Shown: piece by piece, positions 9,357-17,237 of the stretch | Position numbering within the stretch: position 1 is the stretch's first letter | How the letters are laid out: every line of letters starts with the position of its first letter | From: an uncultured virus (IMG/VR IMGVR_UViG_3300043468_000945) | Lineage: Duplodnaviria > Heunggongvirae > Uroviricota > Caudoviricetes > Crassvirales | Direction: 5' to 3' (one strand) | Virus record (IMG/VR): IMGVR_UViG_3300043468_000945 | DNA: 64,000 bases | The notes under the pieces: model-generated | Database searches by the model: none | What the model was told of the DNA's origin: nothing | Seen by the model: only the letters and a program-made list of their open reading frames with translations | Made by a program: the position numbers and the translations under genes

Positions 9357-9951
9357 GGCCGTCGATTGTGATGTAACCCTCAGCGATTTCTTCCTCAATC
9401 TCTTCCTGACTCATGTACTCCGGCAGGTACTCCATTTCGTCCACGTTGTGCTTGAACAGGCGGGCGTCTGTGTAACCTCCGCGAACGTCGCAGCCTCCAT
9501 GGATTTGAAGTAGTACGTACTCCTCGTCGTTGATTTCAAGGTAGGAACCTTGCAGCACTTGGCTCAGGTCGCTGTCTCCGTTGTAGGTGTTGAACGTGCG
9601 GGTCACTCGCACCTCGAACCGGTCTGACAACCACTCCCACGCCTCGGCGCTCACTCCGTATACCTCAGCCTCAGCGTCCCAATTGTTGTGCTTCTTGTTG
9701 AGCTTGTTGAAGTACTCACACAGCGGGTTAATCTCTAGGCCGAAGGTGGTCAAGTAGTGGAACACACTCACGCGTCGGTCGATGTAGTCTGACTCCTTGG
9801 TGTAGGTCACCGCAGGTTCTTTCTTGAAGTCGCGCAGGGTCTTACCCGCATTGCGCTCATGGTGTCGGCCGTAGGCCCCGCCGCTGTCTAGGAAGTGGGC
9901 TCCGGTGTTCTCGGTTAACATTTGGTGGATGATTCTCTCAATTGATTTCAT
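9346..9951 (-). CDS. hypothetical early protein
   Basis: MLTENTGAHFLDSGGAYGRH...NTYNGDSDLSQVLQG...QIHGGCDVRGGYT. Confidence 0.75.
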   Translation of the reverse strand: MKSIERIIHQMLTENTGAHFLDSGGAYGRHHERNAGKTLRDFKKEPAVTYTKESDYIDRRVSVFHYLTTFGLEINPLCEYFNKLNKKHNNWDAEAEVYGVSAEAWEWLSDRFEVRVTRTFNTYNGDSDLSQVLQGSYLEINDEEYVLLQIHGGCDVRGGYTDARLFKHNVDEMEYLPEYMSQEEIEEEIAEGYITIDGHGK

Positions 9952-10162
9952 GTGATTTAATTTTAGTTGTGAATTTGATGCCACAGGCGATTACTTTAAC
10001 GTTGCGGGCCCCGATGGCGATTGTCCCGCGCCGCTCCCTCATTAGGTAGAAGGTGGTCCCGTCGGCCGATAGCGTTGCCCACTGAGGGACGCGCTGCTCA
10101 GGCGCTAGTGTCACCGGTCTCTTGATGAGAACGAGGAACTCATTGGATGGCGTTACTTGCAT
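9938..10162 (-). CDS. hypothetical protein
   Basis: ORF in operon. Confidence 0.55.
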   Translation of the reverse strand: MQVTPSNEFLVLIKRPVTLAPEQRVPQWATLSADGTTFYLMRERRGTIAIGARNVKVIACGIKFTTKIKSHEIN

Positions 10163-10353
10163 TTCTCCTCCTGTTTCTCAGCCCTCATGGCGGCAGCGCC
10201 GTAGAGGATTTTGCGAGGGATAGGATACACGCAGTACAGCGCTTCCAAAAACTCCATGAACTCCTTGAGGTCTTTCTCCTCGTCGAGGTACAGCAGGCGG
10301 TCAATCAACCCTTGGATGATGTCGAGCCTTTCTTCAAAATTTGGTCTTTCCAT
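10153..10353 (-). CDS. hypothetical protein directly downstream of hammerhead 1
   Basis: ATG 20 nt after the ribozyme, A-rich leader. Confidence 0.65.
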   Translation of the reverse strand: MERPNFEERLDIIQGLIDRLLYLDEEKDLKEFMEFLEALYCVYPIPRKILYGAAAMRAEKQEEKCK

Positions 10354-10372
10354 GTCTTTGTTTTTTTAGTTT

Positions 10373-10423
10373 CCCGTTTCGTCCTTTTGGACTCCTCAGC
10401 ACCGGCACTCACCGGTGGACGGG
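10373..10423 (-). ncRNA. type III hammerhead ribozyme 1
   Basis: Minus strand CCCGUC^CACCGG-UGAGUG-CCGGUG-CUGAGGA-GUCC-AAAA-GGAC-GAAACGGG; complete core and three perfect stems. Confidence 0.92.
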
Positions 10424-10424
10424 T

Positions 10425-10440
10425 GTGTCTTTGAAGACAC
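10425..10440. repeat. 16-bp palindrome copy 3, abutting hammerhead 1
   Basis: Exact match; arms extend to GTGTGTCTT/AAGACACAC. Confidence 0.9.
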
Positions 10441-10451
10441 ACTCCATGAAG

Positions 10452-10688
10452 TTATCGAAAATTGTGCACGGCGATTACCACGTACAACCCGATGATGTGG
10501 ATTATCCACGCTAGGCGGAACTTGTCCATGAGCCACCTTTCTTTTTCCGTATCCAACATGGATGATAGGATGACTCCGATTAGGGTCGCTAGGCCCATGA
10601 TGATGGATGCGACGATTGATGAGCAGAACAGGCTAGCATAGGATGGCATAGCGCTAAGGATTACTAGGAGGGCGATTGTCTTTTTCAT
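10452..10688 (-). CDS. small membrane protein
   Basis: Two to three hydrophobic segments. Confidence 0.65.
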   Translation of the reverse strand: MKKTIALLVILSAMPSYASLFCSSIVASIIMGLATLIGVILSSMLDTEKERWLMDKFRLAWIIHIIGLYVVIAVHNFR

Positions 10689-10689
10689 G

Positions 10690-10887
10690 TTACTTGGATT
10701 TAAAAATGATTGAAGTTAAAATGTTGTTTGTCTGTTCGTCGAAGAGGTCCTCCTCAACTGAAGCGATGATTTCGACGTCGCTGTCTTCGTCGTACCGGTA
10801 GTTGATGGTTACCTCGTTGAGGTCGATTCCCATGTCCTCAATCTCGTTGAGGAACTCCCGTAGATTGTGTGCTGTTAGTGGTTTCAT
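10690..10887 (-). CDS. small acidic hypothetical protein
   Basis: ORF in operon, D/E-rich. Confidence 0.65.
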   Translation of the reverse strand: MKPLTAHNLREFLNEIEDMGIDLNEVTINYRYDEDSDVEIIASVEEDLFDEQTNNILTSIIFKSK

Positions 10888-11102
10888 AGTTCGATGAGGA
10901 TTTGTCCTGTTTTGCTAATGTATCCGGCCTCAATAAGGGCGGCCGCGTTTCTCCCGTACCAACCCTGTAGGGTCCATGCAGCACCGCTCTCGATGAGGGC
11001 AGCCCATGCCTGTAGTTGGTCTTGCTCGCTTGGTTCGTAACCGCAGAACCCCTCGACGATTGAGCATGCGTCGTACGTTGTCATTTTTGTTGTTGCTTCC
11101 AT
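10884..11102 (-). CDS. hypothetical early protein
   Basis: LIESGAAWTLQGWYGRNAAALIEAGYI, a motif I recall from phage early genes; ATG at 11102. Confidence 0.7.
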   Translation of the reverse strand: MEATTKMTTYDACSIVEGFCGYEPSEQDQLQAWAALIESGAAWTLQGWYGRNAAALIEAGYISKTGQILIEL

Positions 11103-11115
11103 GTTCGTGTTGTTT

Positions 11116-11499
11116 TTATTGTTTCCAAATTGCGCCCATATCTGTGTACTTTTTCCATGACTCGAGGACGTTGCGGCCATAGCGTGGTTTGTTGCGGGTG
11201 ATGTTTACATAGCGCATCTCGCTTCGCTTGCATGCGTTGCGCTCGATGGTCTGTGCCTCCTCGTACGTCTCGCATACGATAATTAGTTTGTTGGTCTTGC
11301 CCTCAGCCATGCCCCAACCGCTCATGAATTTGTCGGTCATGGTCACGTACCATGGCTGCAGTTCAATTCTAATGATGGCGCTCTCCGGTGCCAACTCAGA
11401 ACTCACTAGTGCGTTGATGGCCTCGCGCTCAGTCTCACGCGTTACCCAAATAACTTGGCGGCCTCTGTCGTGTTTAAGTGTGATTTTGTAGGTCTTCAT
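11116..11499 (-). CDS. hypothetical early protein
   Basis: YVTMTDKFMSGWGMAEGKTNKLIIVC motif; downstream of promoter. Confidence 0.7.
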   Translation of the reverse strand: MKTYKITLKHDRGRQVIWVTRETEREAINALVSSELAPESAIIRIELQPWYVTMTDKFMSGWGMAEGKTNKLIIVCETYEEAQTIERNACKRSEMRYVNITRNKPRYGRNVLESWKKYTDMGAIWKQ

Positions 11500-11517
11500 G
11501 GTGCTTGTGTTTAAATG

Positions 11518-11540
11518 TTGTACAAATATAGTATAATTCT
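11518..11540 (-). promoter_or_regulatory. early promoter, 23-bp identical to 13498-13520
   Basis: Minus strand AGAATTATACTATATTTGTACAA contains TAnnTTTG. Confidence 0.75.
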
Positions 11541-11557
11541 AGTATAAAACAATACTT

Positions 11558-11743
11558 TTAAAAAAATATTTTTTTCAGGCCGAAAGGTGTGGCGCTTAGG
11601 TCGTAGTCAAAGTCGTACCCGTACGCCTGTACCTCAGCGCGTGCGTTCTCTAGGTCCGTGTACTCAGCGTCCTCGGGGAGGCTCAACAGGATGGCCGCCA
11701 CCTCAGCGGGCCATGTCTCGGGGTGATTGAATAAGTCTTGCAT
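11558..11743 (-). CDS. small acidic hypothetical protein downstream of hammerhead 2
   Basis: MQDLFNHPE...GYDFDYDLSATPFGL; ATG 20 nt after the ribozyme. Confidence 0.7.
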   Translation of the reverse strand: MQDLFNHPETWPAEVAAILLSLPEDAEYTDLENARAEVQAYGYDFDYDLSATPFGLKKIFF

Positions 11744-11762
11744 GTCGTTATTTTTTTGGTTT

Positions 11763-11813
11763 GCCGTTTCGTTCTTTGGAACTCATCAGGCGGAGCACTC
11801 ACTCCGCGACGGC
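11763..11813 (-). ncRNA. type III hammerhead ribozyme 2
   Basis: Minus strand GCCGUC^GCGGAG-UGAGUG-CUCCGC-CUGAUGA-GUUC-CAAA-GAAC-GAAACGGC. Confidence 0.93.
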
Positions 11814-11826
11814 CGGAGCCCCTCCC

Positions 11827-12747
11827 TTATTGGAGGAACTCGGCTATACTCGGGTCGATTTTGTTTTTGAGGATGAACGCTCTAAAGTGTCGGGCGTACT
11901 CGGTGATTTCGTCAACCTTTGCGGCGTCCTGTTCGTACATGCTCAACAGGATAGGGCGGAGGGTTTTGAGCAGCGCCTCGTGGCTCCCGTTCGGGCTCTG
12001 AATTGTGAAGCGCACCACCTCATAAAATAGTTCGTATCGGCGCATCATTTGCTTCACTGACTGAACGCGCGACGGAACGCGGAACTCAAGGCAGTTGCCC
12101 TTAACTAGGGCCGTTTGGTATTTGCGGTGGTTCCCTGTGCTGCTGTACTCGTACGAACCGCCCCATGAATTGAACACGCTGTCGCTGTTTGATTGCATGC
12201 GGCGATTTGCTCCGCAGTATTTCGTGTTTAGTCTTTTGCGCCACAGGGCCAAAACAATACCGCAATTTTTGCGGACCGCTTCGCGCAGTTGGTCTCCGTC
12301 CATGCCTTGCACCGCTATGGTGATATGGCCGCCGCAGCGCTTGTCGCTAGGGCTGAACCTATCGTCGACGATTTTCTCCGCCTTGTGCATCATGTCGAAT
12401 ACTTTGGTGCGCCATGTGCTCGCCGGAAGCAGCGGCAAAATGTGCGTAACCGCTTCATAACCGCATGAGCCGTCCGTCTCGAACCCACAAAAAAGTTCGT
12501 ACTCGTGCACCGCGTTCCTGTGCAGTTGGTTCTTCTCAACCTCGAAACCGATTGTGTATTTCGCGGCGTAGTCCATGCCGTCGAACGTTAGTTCTTCGCG
12601 GACCTTTGAGGCCTTGAGGCCCGCCACGTCGACGTGCTTCGCGCCTCTTGCATGGTTCAATGGGTCCGGCTTCCTGTGGTACCCCTGTACTTGACCGCGC
12701 ACCCTTTGGCCGGTCACTTTGTATTCAATTCCTTTTGCTGTATTCAT
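11827..12747 (-). CDS. putative COOH-NH2 ligase (amidoligase)
   Basis: TIGFEVE, ETDGSCGYE, CGGHITI, KY, LEFR motifs of the amidoligase family. Confidence 0.8.
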   Translation of the reverse strand: MNTAKGIEYKVTGQRVRGQVQGYHRKPDPLNHARGAKHVDVAGLKASKVREELTFDGMDYAAKYTIGFEVEKNQLHRNAVHEYELFCGFETDGSCGYEAVTHILPLLPASTWRTKVFDMMHKAEKIVDDRFSPSDKRCGGHITIAVQGMDGDQLREAVRKNCGIVLALWRKRLNTKYCGANRRMQSNSDSVFNSWGGSYEYSSTGNHRKYQTALVKGNCLEFRVPSRVQSVKQMMRRYELFYEVVRFTIQSPNGSHEALLKTLRPILLSMYEQDAAKVDEITEYARHFRAFILKNKIDPSIAEFLQ

Positions 12748-12764
12748 GGCGTTTATTTTTTAGT

Positions 12765-12780
12765 GTGTCTTCAAAGACAC
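12765..12780. repeat. 16-bp palindrome copy 4, 18 nt upstream of the amidoligase ATG
   Basis: Exact match. Confidence 0.9.
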
Positions 12781-12784
12781 AAGG

Positions 12785-13441
12785 TTATTGATTTGTATTA
12801 TTTGCCTCAAGCATGGCCGTAGTCAAGAACGTGATGGCCTCCATAATTTGCTCCGGTGTGTTGGTGGTCTTCAATTCGCCGGCGTCGCTTATCCTCACTG
12901 AGATATTGCCGTCGGGGTGCTTTAGAGTCATTGTGAAGATGGTTTGAGGTCTTGCCTCCGGCTGTGCATCTTCGTTACCCTCCGCACCCTCTTCGTCGGT
13001 GCCCTCTTGTCCACCGGCAGCGGCCGTCTCTTCCACCACCTTTGCGAATTTCAACAGGCCGGCCAATGAGCGGTCCGGCTCCGCTCCCTCGCGCTCCATG
13101 GCGTCGCACTTTGTGCGGAACTCGTCCACCACTGAGGCCTCAAGTTTACCGGCCTTAACTACTTTGTAGAAATAAGACCTTTGCCACCCGAATACCTTTG
13201 CGGCAAAGTCCTCCGTGCTCCATGTGATGCCCTCCTCGCGAAGTATGGCAGCGCCGGCCTCACTTTGGAACCACTCGAACCCCCGAACCACAACAGCGCT
13301 AAGCGCTAAGGTTTGCTCGAATTTTTTCTTTTTGGCGTTCGTGATTGTGCGCTGAATTGAGCGCAGTTCTTGCAATTGCAAGGCCTCGGCTACCTGTGGC
13401 AAGCGGAGGAAGTTTTGTTCGATTTGCAGTAATTGTGTCAT
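12785..13441 (-). CDS. first early gene, hypothetical (possible HTH)
   Basis: Downstream of the early promoter; FAAKVFGWQRSYFYKVVK is HTH-like. Confidence 0.7.
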   Translation of the reverse strand: MTQLLQIEQNFLRLPQVAEALQLQELRSIQRTITNAKKKKFEQTLALSAVVVRGFEWFQSEAGAAILREEGITWSTEDFAAKVFGWQRSYFYKVVKAGKLEASVVDEFRTKCDAMEREGAEPDRSLAGLLKFAKVVEETAAAGGQEGTDEEGAEGNEDAQPEARPQTIFTMTLKHPDGNISVRISDAGELKTTNTPEQIMEAITFLTTAMLEANNTNQ

Positions 13442-13497
13442 AACTCGTTGAATTTTAAGGTTTTACGTTGTTTTGGGGTTCATTCCCCGTTCAATTC

Positions 13498-13520
13498 TTG
13501 TACAAATATAGTATAATTCT
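13498..13520 (-). promoter_or_regulatory. early promoter of the left arm
   Basis: Identical 23-mer to 11518-11540, contains TATATTTG. Confidence 0.75.
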
Positions 13521-13555
13521 TTAAACTACAACACAACAGCAAAAAAATTTTTTCG

Positions 13556-13813
13556 TCCCTGTGTTCAATTCTAGTTCATGCGCTGTTTACTAGGTGTTTA
13601 TAGTTGGTTCAATTCGGGTGCAATTGTTTGGGCATGTTTACAGGGAGGAGGAGGCAGCCCCCTCTCTCTGTGTCTTTGAAGACACAAACAGGGAGCAAGG
13701 AGGGAGGGACGGAGGCAAAGGAGGGAGCACAGGGAGGAGGAGCGGACGCACAACAGGGAGGGGACGGCGTCGCTGCACAGGCAGCGGCACCGGTCCCAAT
13801 GATGCACAGGGAA
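13556..13813. repeat. ACAGGGA(G) repeats in the purine-rich divergent junction
   Basis: Copies at 13640, 13688, 13729, 13753 and 13806, plus an inverted copy at 13556. Confidence 0.65.
13670..13685. repeat. 16-bp palindrome copy 5 (divergent junction)
   Basis: Exact match. Confidence 0.9.
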
Positions 13814-13942
13814 AAGCCAAAAAATCGGACGGAAGCGGACCAAATCGGACCCCCACCCCTCGAAAAAAAATCCGTTTCCCGGCGCGGGCCCAACGCGCCA
13901 ACCGGGTATATAGCCTCGAACCCCTATGTATCTAGAAATGAT

Positions 13943-13950
13943 TATCTTTG
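13943..13950 (+). promoter_or_regulatory. Bacteroidota -7 element (TATCTTTG)
   Basis: First plus-strand promoter element. Confidence 0.6.
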
Positions 13951-13965
13951 AAAAAACTTATCACC

Positions 13966-14160
13966 ATGAAGAAATACAATGGATTAACGGTAGAGGGTGG
14001 TCGATTGATTAATCGACGTCCTAATGGAATGACAGGCATCCAACAGGCTGCTCAGATTAAGAAGGAGATGAAGCGTCAGGATAAAATTCAGATGATGTCT
14101 GAAGCAATGTATCAGGCGGAGATTCGAGCTGACTTAACTGAGAAGTTAATGGAGCGCTAG
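13966..14160 (+). CDS. small hypothetical protein
   Basis: MKKYNGLTVEGGRLINRRPNGMTGIQQAAQIKK; flanked by promoter and terminator. Confidence 0.7.
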   Translation: MKKYNGLTVEGGRLINRRPNGMTGIQQAAQIKKEMKRQDKIQMMSEAMYQAEIRADLTEKLMER

Positions 14161-14179
14161 TCTTTTTTTTGGTTGGTAG

Positions 14180-14213
14180 AAGAGGGGGTCTTTTTAGGTC
14201 TCCTCTTTTTTTT
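14180..14213 (+). terminator. Rho-independent terminator
   Basis: AAGAGGGGGTCT-TTTT-AGGTCTCCTCTT (with G-U pairs) followed by a T tract. Confidence 0.7.
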
Positions 14214-14229
14214 GTTCTTACTACTAGAT

Positions 14230-14395
14230 AATCGACATAGTACTGTACTATTTTATGACATTTATATTATTCATTTTCAATTAGTTGTCGAAAATGTCGA
14301 TTTATAAAAAGGTTTCTAATGGGAAAAATATAATAAAAGGGAGGAAAATATATATATATATAGGGAAGGATGAAAAAGTGTGATTTCGTCAATTG
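14230..14395. other. second AT-rich origin-like element
   Basis: TTGTCGAAAATGTCGATTT followed ~60 bp later by (TA)n-GGGAAG, as at 4221-4304. Confidence 0.4.
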
Positions 14396-14407
14396 AACAA
14401 AAGTTAT

Positions 14408-14415
14408 TAAATTTG
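14408..14415 (+). promoter_or_regulatory. -7 element (TAAATTTG) upstream of groEL
   Basis: TAnnTTTG. Confidence 0.6.
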
Positions 14416-14433
14416 TGTACTAAATCAAATTAA

Positions 14434-16029
14434 ATGGAATATTCACCTAAGGATTTGGTCTTTGCAGAGCAAGGCCGCCTAAAACTTATCTCAGGAATTG
14501 AGAAAATTGCCGGTGCTGTTAAAAGTACCCTCGGGCCTAACGGCAACACTGTATTGATTGAGAGCCCACACCACACACATGGTATTACTGTAACGAAGGA
14601 CGGTGTCACTGTCGCTAAGGCTGTGGACCTGATTGACCCTGTCGAGAACCTTGCGGTTAAGATGATGAAGGAAGCGGCTGACCGTACTGCTACGAATGCG
14701 GGTGACGGTACGACTACTGCCATTGTCTTGACTGAGGCATTGGTCAAGAGTGGTCTTGAGATGATTAGGCCAACCGACAACCGCACAGCGGTGTTACGTC
14801 ACATGGTGGACTTGAGCAATGGTGTGGTGGACAAGCTACGTCGCCGTAGCAAGAAGGTGTCGAGCAGCATGCTAGTAGACATCGCGACCATCTCGGCGAA
14901 CAATGACCGTGAGACGGGGCGTATTATTGCTGACGTGTACCGTGCTGTAGGGCGTCAGGGTATTGTGACCGTTGAGCGTAGTCAGACTGCTGAGACGTAT
15001 GCTGAGACAACTAGGGGATTGAAAATTGACAGGGGGTATCTGAGCCCGTTGTTCATCAACGACCAAAAGCGTGACGAGTGCGTGCTTGAGGACGTGATGA
15101 TTTTGGTTGCCGACATTGAGATTGGCAACATTCTGCAGATTGAGAACGTGTTGAAGCCAATAATTTCCGAAGGAAAAAAGTTGCTCATTATTGCTCCGTG
15201 CCACAATAACGTTGTGAACACGTTGGCGGCGAACGTTCTGAAGAACAACCTGAAGATTTGTGCTGTGCCTCCACCTAGTTTTGGGTATAAGCAGCATGAG
15301 CTGATGCACGACATTGCGGTGAGCGTCGGTGCTACCTACTTCTCTGAGAAGACGGGTGACGACTTGAGCCATATTACATACGCGGACCTAGGCCATGCAC
15401 ACAAGGTGGTGGTGAGCCGCGACAAGACCATCATCTTAAAGAGCGACTTGAAGGTCAATCACCAATTGGTTGCTGAGCGTGTGTCACAGCTGTGGGCATC
15501 ACATGCTGAGGCGAAGAAGAAGGCTGACAAGGACCACTTGCTTGAGCGCATTGCGTCGCTGACAGGTGGCATTGGTGTCATCTTCGTTGGTGGCAACACT
15601 GACCTAGAGCAGAAGGAGCTGTACGACCGTGTCGATGATGCGGTGCATGCCGTTCGCTCAGCACTTGAGGAGGGTATTCTTCCCGGAGCGGGCAAAGCGT
15701 TATACGAGGCTAGCCAATTCAATTTGGGCTTGGAGCATTCTGACGAGAGGTTCGTAGCTAGTTCGATTCTAAACCACGCACTGCAGGCTCCGCTCAAGCA
15801 GATTTTGACCAACGCAGGTCTTGACGTGATGGATTACTACTACGAAGAGGTGCCTGAGGGTCATGGTCTGAACGTAAAGACCCGTGAGATGGGTGACCTG
15901 ATTAAGATGGGTGTGATTGACCCGCTGAAGGTTACTCGTTCTGCGCTGCAAAATGCGGTGAGTGTGGCTACAACTATCCTTTCAACCAACGCCATCATCA
16001 CTATGGCGCGTTCATACGAGACCAAATGA
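14434..16029 (+). CDS. groEL: phage chaperonin GroEL
   Basis: STLGPNG, VTKDGVTVAK, AGDGTTTA, DRGYLSPLF, ALEEGILPGAG, GVIDPLKVTRSALQNA; no GGM tail. Confidence 0.97.
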   Translation: MEYSPKDLVFAEQGRLKLISGIEKIAGAVKSTLGPNGNTVLIESPHHTHGITVTKDGVTVAKAVDLIDPVENLAVKMMKEAADRTATNAGDGTTTAIVLTEALVKSGLEMIRPTDNRTAVLRHMVDLSNGVVDKLRRRSKKVSSSMLVDIATISANNDRETGRIIADVYRAVGRQGIVTVERSQTAETYAETTRGLKIDRGYLSPLFINDQKRDECVLEDVMILVADIEIGNILQIENVLKPIISEGKKLLIIAPCHNNVVNTLAANVLKNNLKICAVPPPSFGYKQHELMHDIAVSVGATYFSEKTGDDLSHITYADLGHAHKVVVSRDKTIILKSDLKVNHQLVAERVSQLWASHAEAKKKADKDHLLERIASLTGGIGVIFVGGNTDLEQKELYDRVDDAVHAVRSALEEGILPGAGKALYEASQFNLGLEHSDERFVASSILNHALQAPLKQILTNAGLDVMDYYYEEVPEGHGLNVKTREMGDLIKMGVIDPLKVTRSALQNAVSVATTILSTNAIITMARSYETK

Positions 16030-16274
16030 CAGTACTAGAGAGAATTATTGAGGACTACCCGGAGGCGGAGTTCTTGAAAGCAGACGGTTTTGACGCCGCG
16101 ATTGTAGGATTTGACGTAGAAGAAGAGCGATTAGTGTACGATTCGATGTCAGTTGTGCAGGTTCTCATCAACGAGGGCATGGATGACGAGGACGCATGGG
16201 ACTATTTTTTCTACAACATCGCAGGTGCATACGTCGGGAAGCATACTCCGCTGTTCATCAAGATGTATGTTTAA
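16026..16274 (+). CDS. hypothetical protein
   Basis: ADGFDAAIVG...YFFYNIAGAYVGKHTP, a motif I recall from phage proteins. Confidence 0.75.
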   Translation: MTVLERIIEDYPEAEFLKADGFDAAIVGFDVEEERLVYDSMSVVQVLINEGMDDEDAWDYFFYNIAGAYVGKHTPLFIKMYV

Positions 16275-16476
16275 AAAATTCGTGAGATTTACATTGGTGT
16301 GGGTTGCATGTAACCTGTCGATTCCGTTTTGGATGGTGGGTCACGTGCATCTCACGCTCAATATCTACGAAGATATGACCGAAATCATGTCATCCATGGG
16401 GATGAACATCGTGGTAGCGGTAGGATTTTGGTTAAATTGGAAAGAAGAAATCAATAAAAATGAAAGCAATAGGTAA
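16267..16476 (+). CDS. small membrane protein
   Basis: MFKKFVRFTLVWVACNLSIPFWMVGHVHL...; ATG at 16267. Confidence 0.6.
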   Translation: MFKKFVRFTLVWVACNLSIPFWMVGHVHLTLNIYEDMTEIMSSMGMNIVVAVGFWLNWKEEINKNESNR

Positions 16477-16717
16477 AAACATCGTCATCAAACACATTGA
16501 CGAAGAGGTAAAGACAGCATCAGGCTTAGTCCTGTCAGGCGAGGACACCAATCAGCTACGTTACAAGCGTGGTGTAGTGGTAGAGCCGGGGACTGACGTG
16601 GCCGTAATCAAGGCCGGAGACGAGATTTACTACGATAAGAACAACACGTACACCATGATTATCCATGATGAGCAGTACAGCATCATTCAGGAACGTGACG
16701 TGGTGCTTGTCCTGTAA
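16460..16717 (+). CDS. groES: co-chaperonin GroES
   Basis: KTASGLVL mobile loop, GVVVEPG, KAGDEIYY, IIQERDVV. Confidence 0.9.
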   Translation: MKAIGKNIVIKHIDEEVKTASGLVLSGEDTNQLRYKRGVVVEPGTDVAVIKAGDEIYYDKNNTYTMIIHDEQYSIIQERDVVLVL

Positions 16718-17135
16718 TTCTACTCTTACGAGTTTCCTCGTTGATTCCTTTGATGAAGTTGCGATAGACTTTGTCTGAGTAGTCGACTTTCTTTTTGAAC
16801 ATGGGGTTGTTGCACATGGTCATGGGGATGTCTTCTCCGTCTAGTTTTTTGTAGATGGAGCCAATCATCCTGTTGGCTTTGTAGCTGAGCGCGTACAACC
16901 CCTTCTGTCCTACGCGGCGTTCCCGGAAGTTTTGAATCCATCCGTCGGCGAGGAGTCGGTCAAAGCGCTTGACGTCCCATGATAAGATTTCGTTGAACTC
17001 TTGAAACTTGTCTTTCCCAAAATATTTTTCAGAGTAAAGGAACAGCAGCATATCTAAGTCTGCTTGGTTGAGTCCGTATCGGACTTTGACGTATTGGCGT
17101 ATTACTCTCCAATATTTTAGGTAATTTGATTTCAT
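16683..17135 (-). CDS. putative winged-helix (MarR-like) DNA-binding protein
   Basis: YGLNQADLDMLLFLY...FDRLLADGWI...LYALSYKA resembles a wHTH; the only minus-strand gene I accept in the right arm. Confidence 0.55.
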   Translation of the reverse strand: MKSNYLKYWRVIRQYVKVRYGLNQADLDMLLFLYSEKYFGKDKFQEFNEILSWDVKRFDRLLADGWIQNFRERRVGQKGLYALSYKANRMIGSIYKKLDGEDIPMTMCNNPMFKKKVDYSDKVYRNFIKGINEETRKSRITGQAPRHVPE

Positions 17136-17145
17136 TGAATTTTAA

Positions 17146-17153
17146 TATATTTG
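17146..17153 (+). promoter_or_regulatory. -7 element (TATATTTG)
   Basis: TAnnTTTG, divergent from and 10 bp off the wHTH gene start. Confidence 0.6.
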
Positions 17154-17237
17154 TACGTAACAAAATTACAAAATTATGGGACCTTGTACTCAAATTGTTA
17201 AAGCGGCAACTATGCCAAAACCTAAAAAACCAAAGAA

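Noticed and set aside
13594..13951. Five overlapping ORFs in the divergent junction
   Set aside because: Low-complexity products from GC-rich repeat DNA, mostly non-ATG starts, lying between outward-facing promoters
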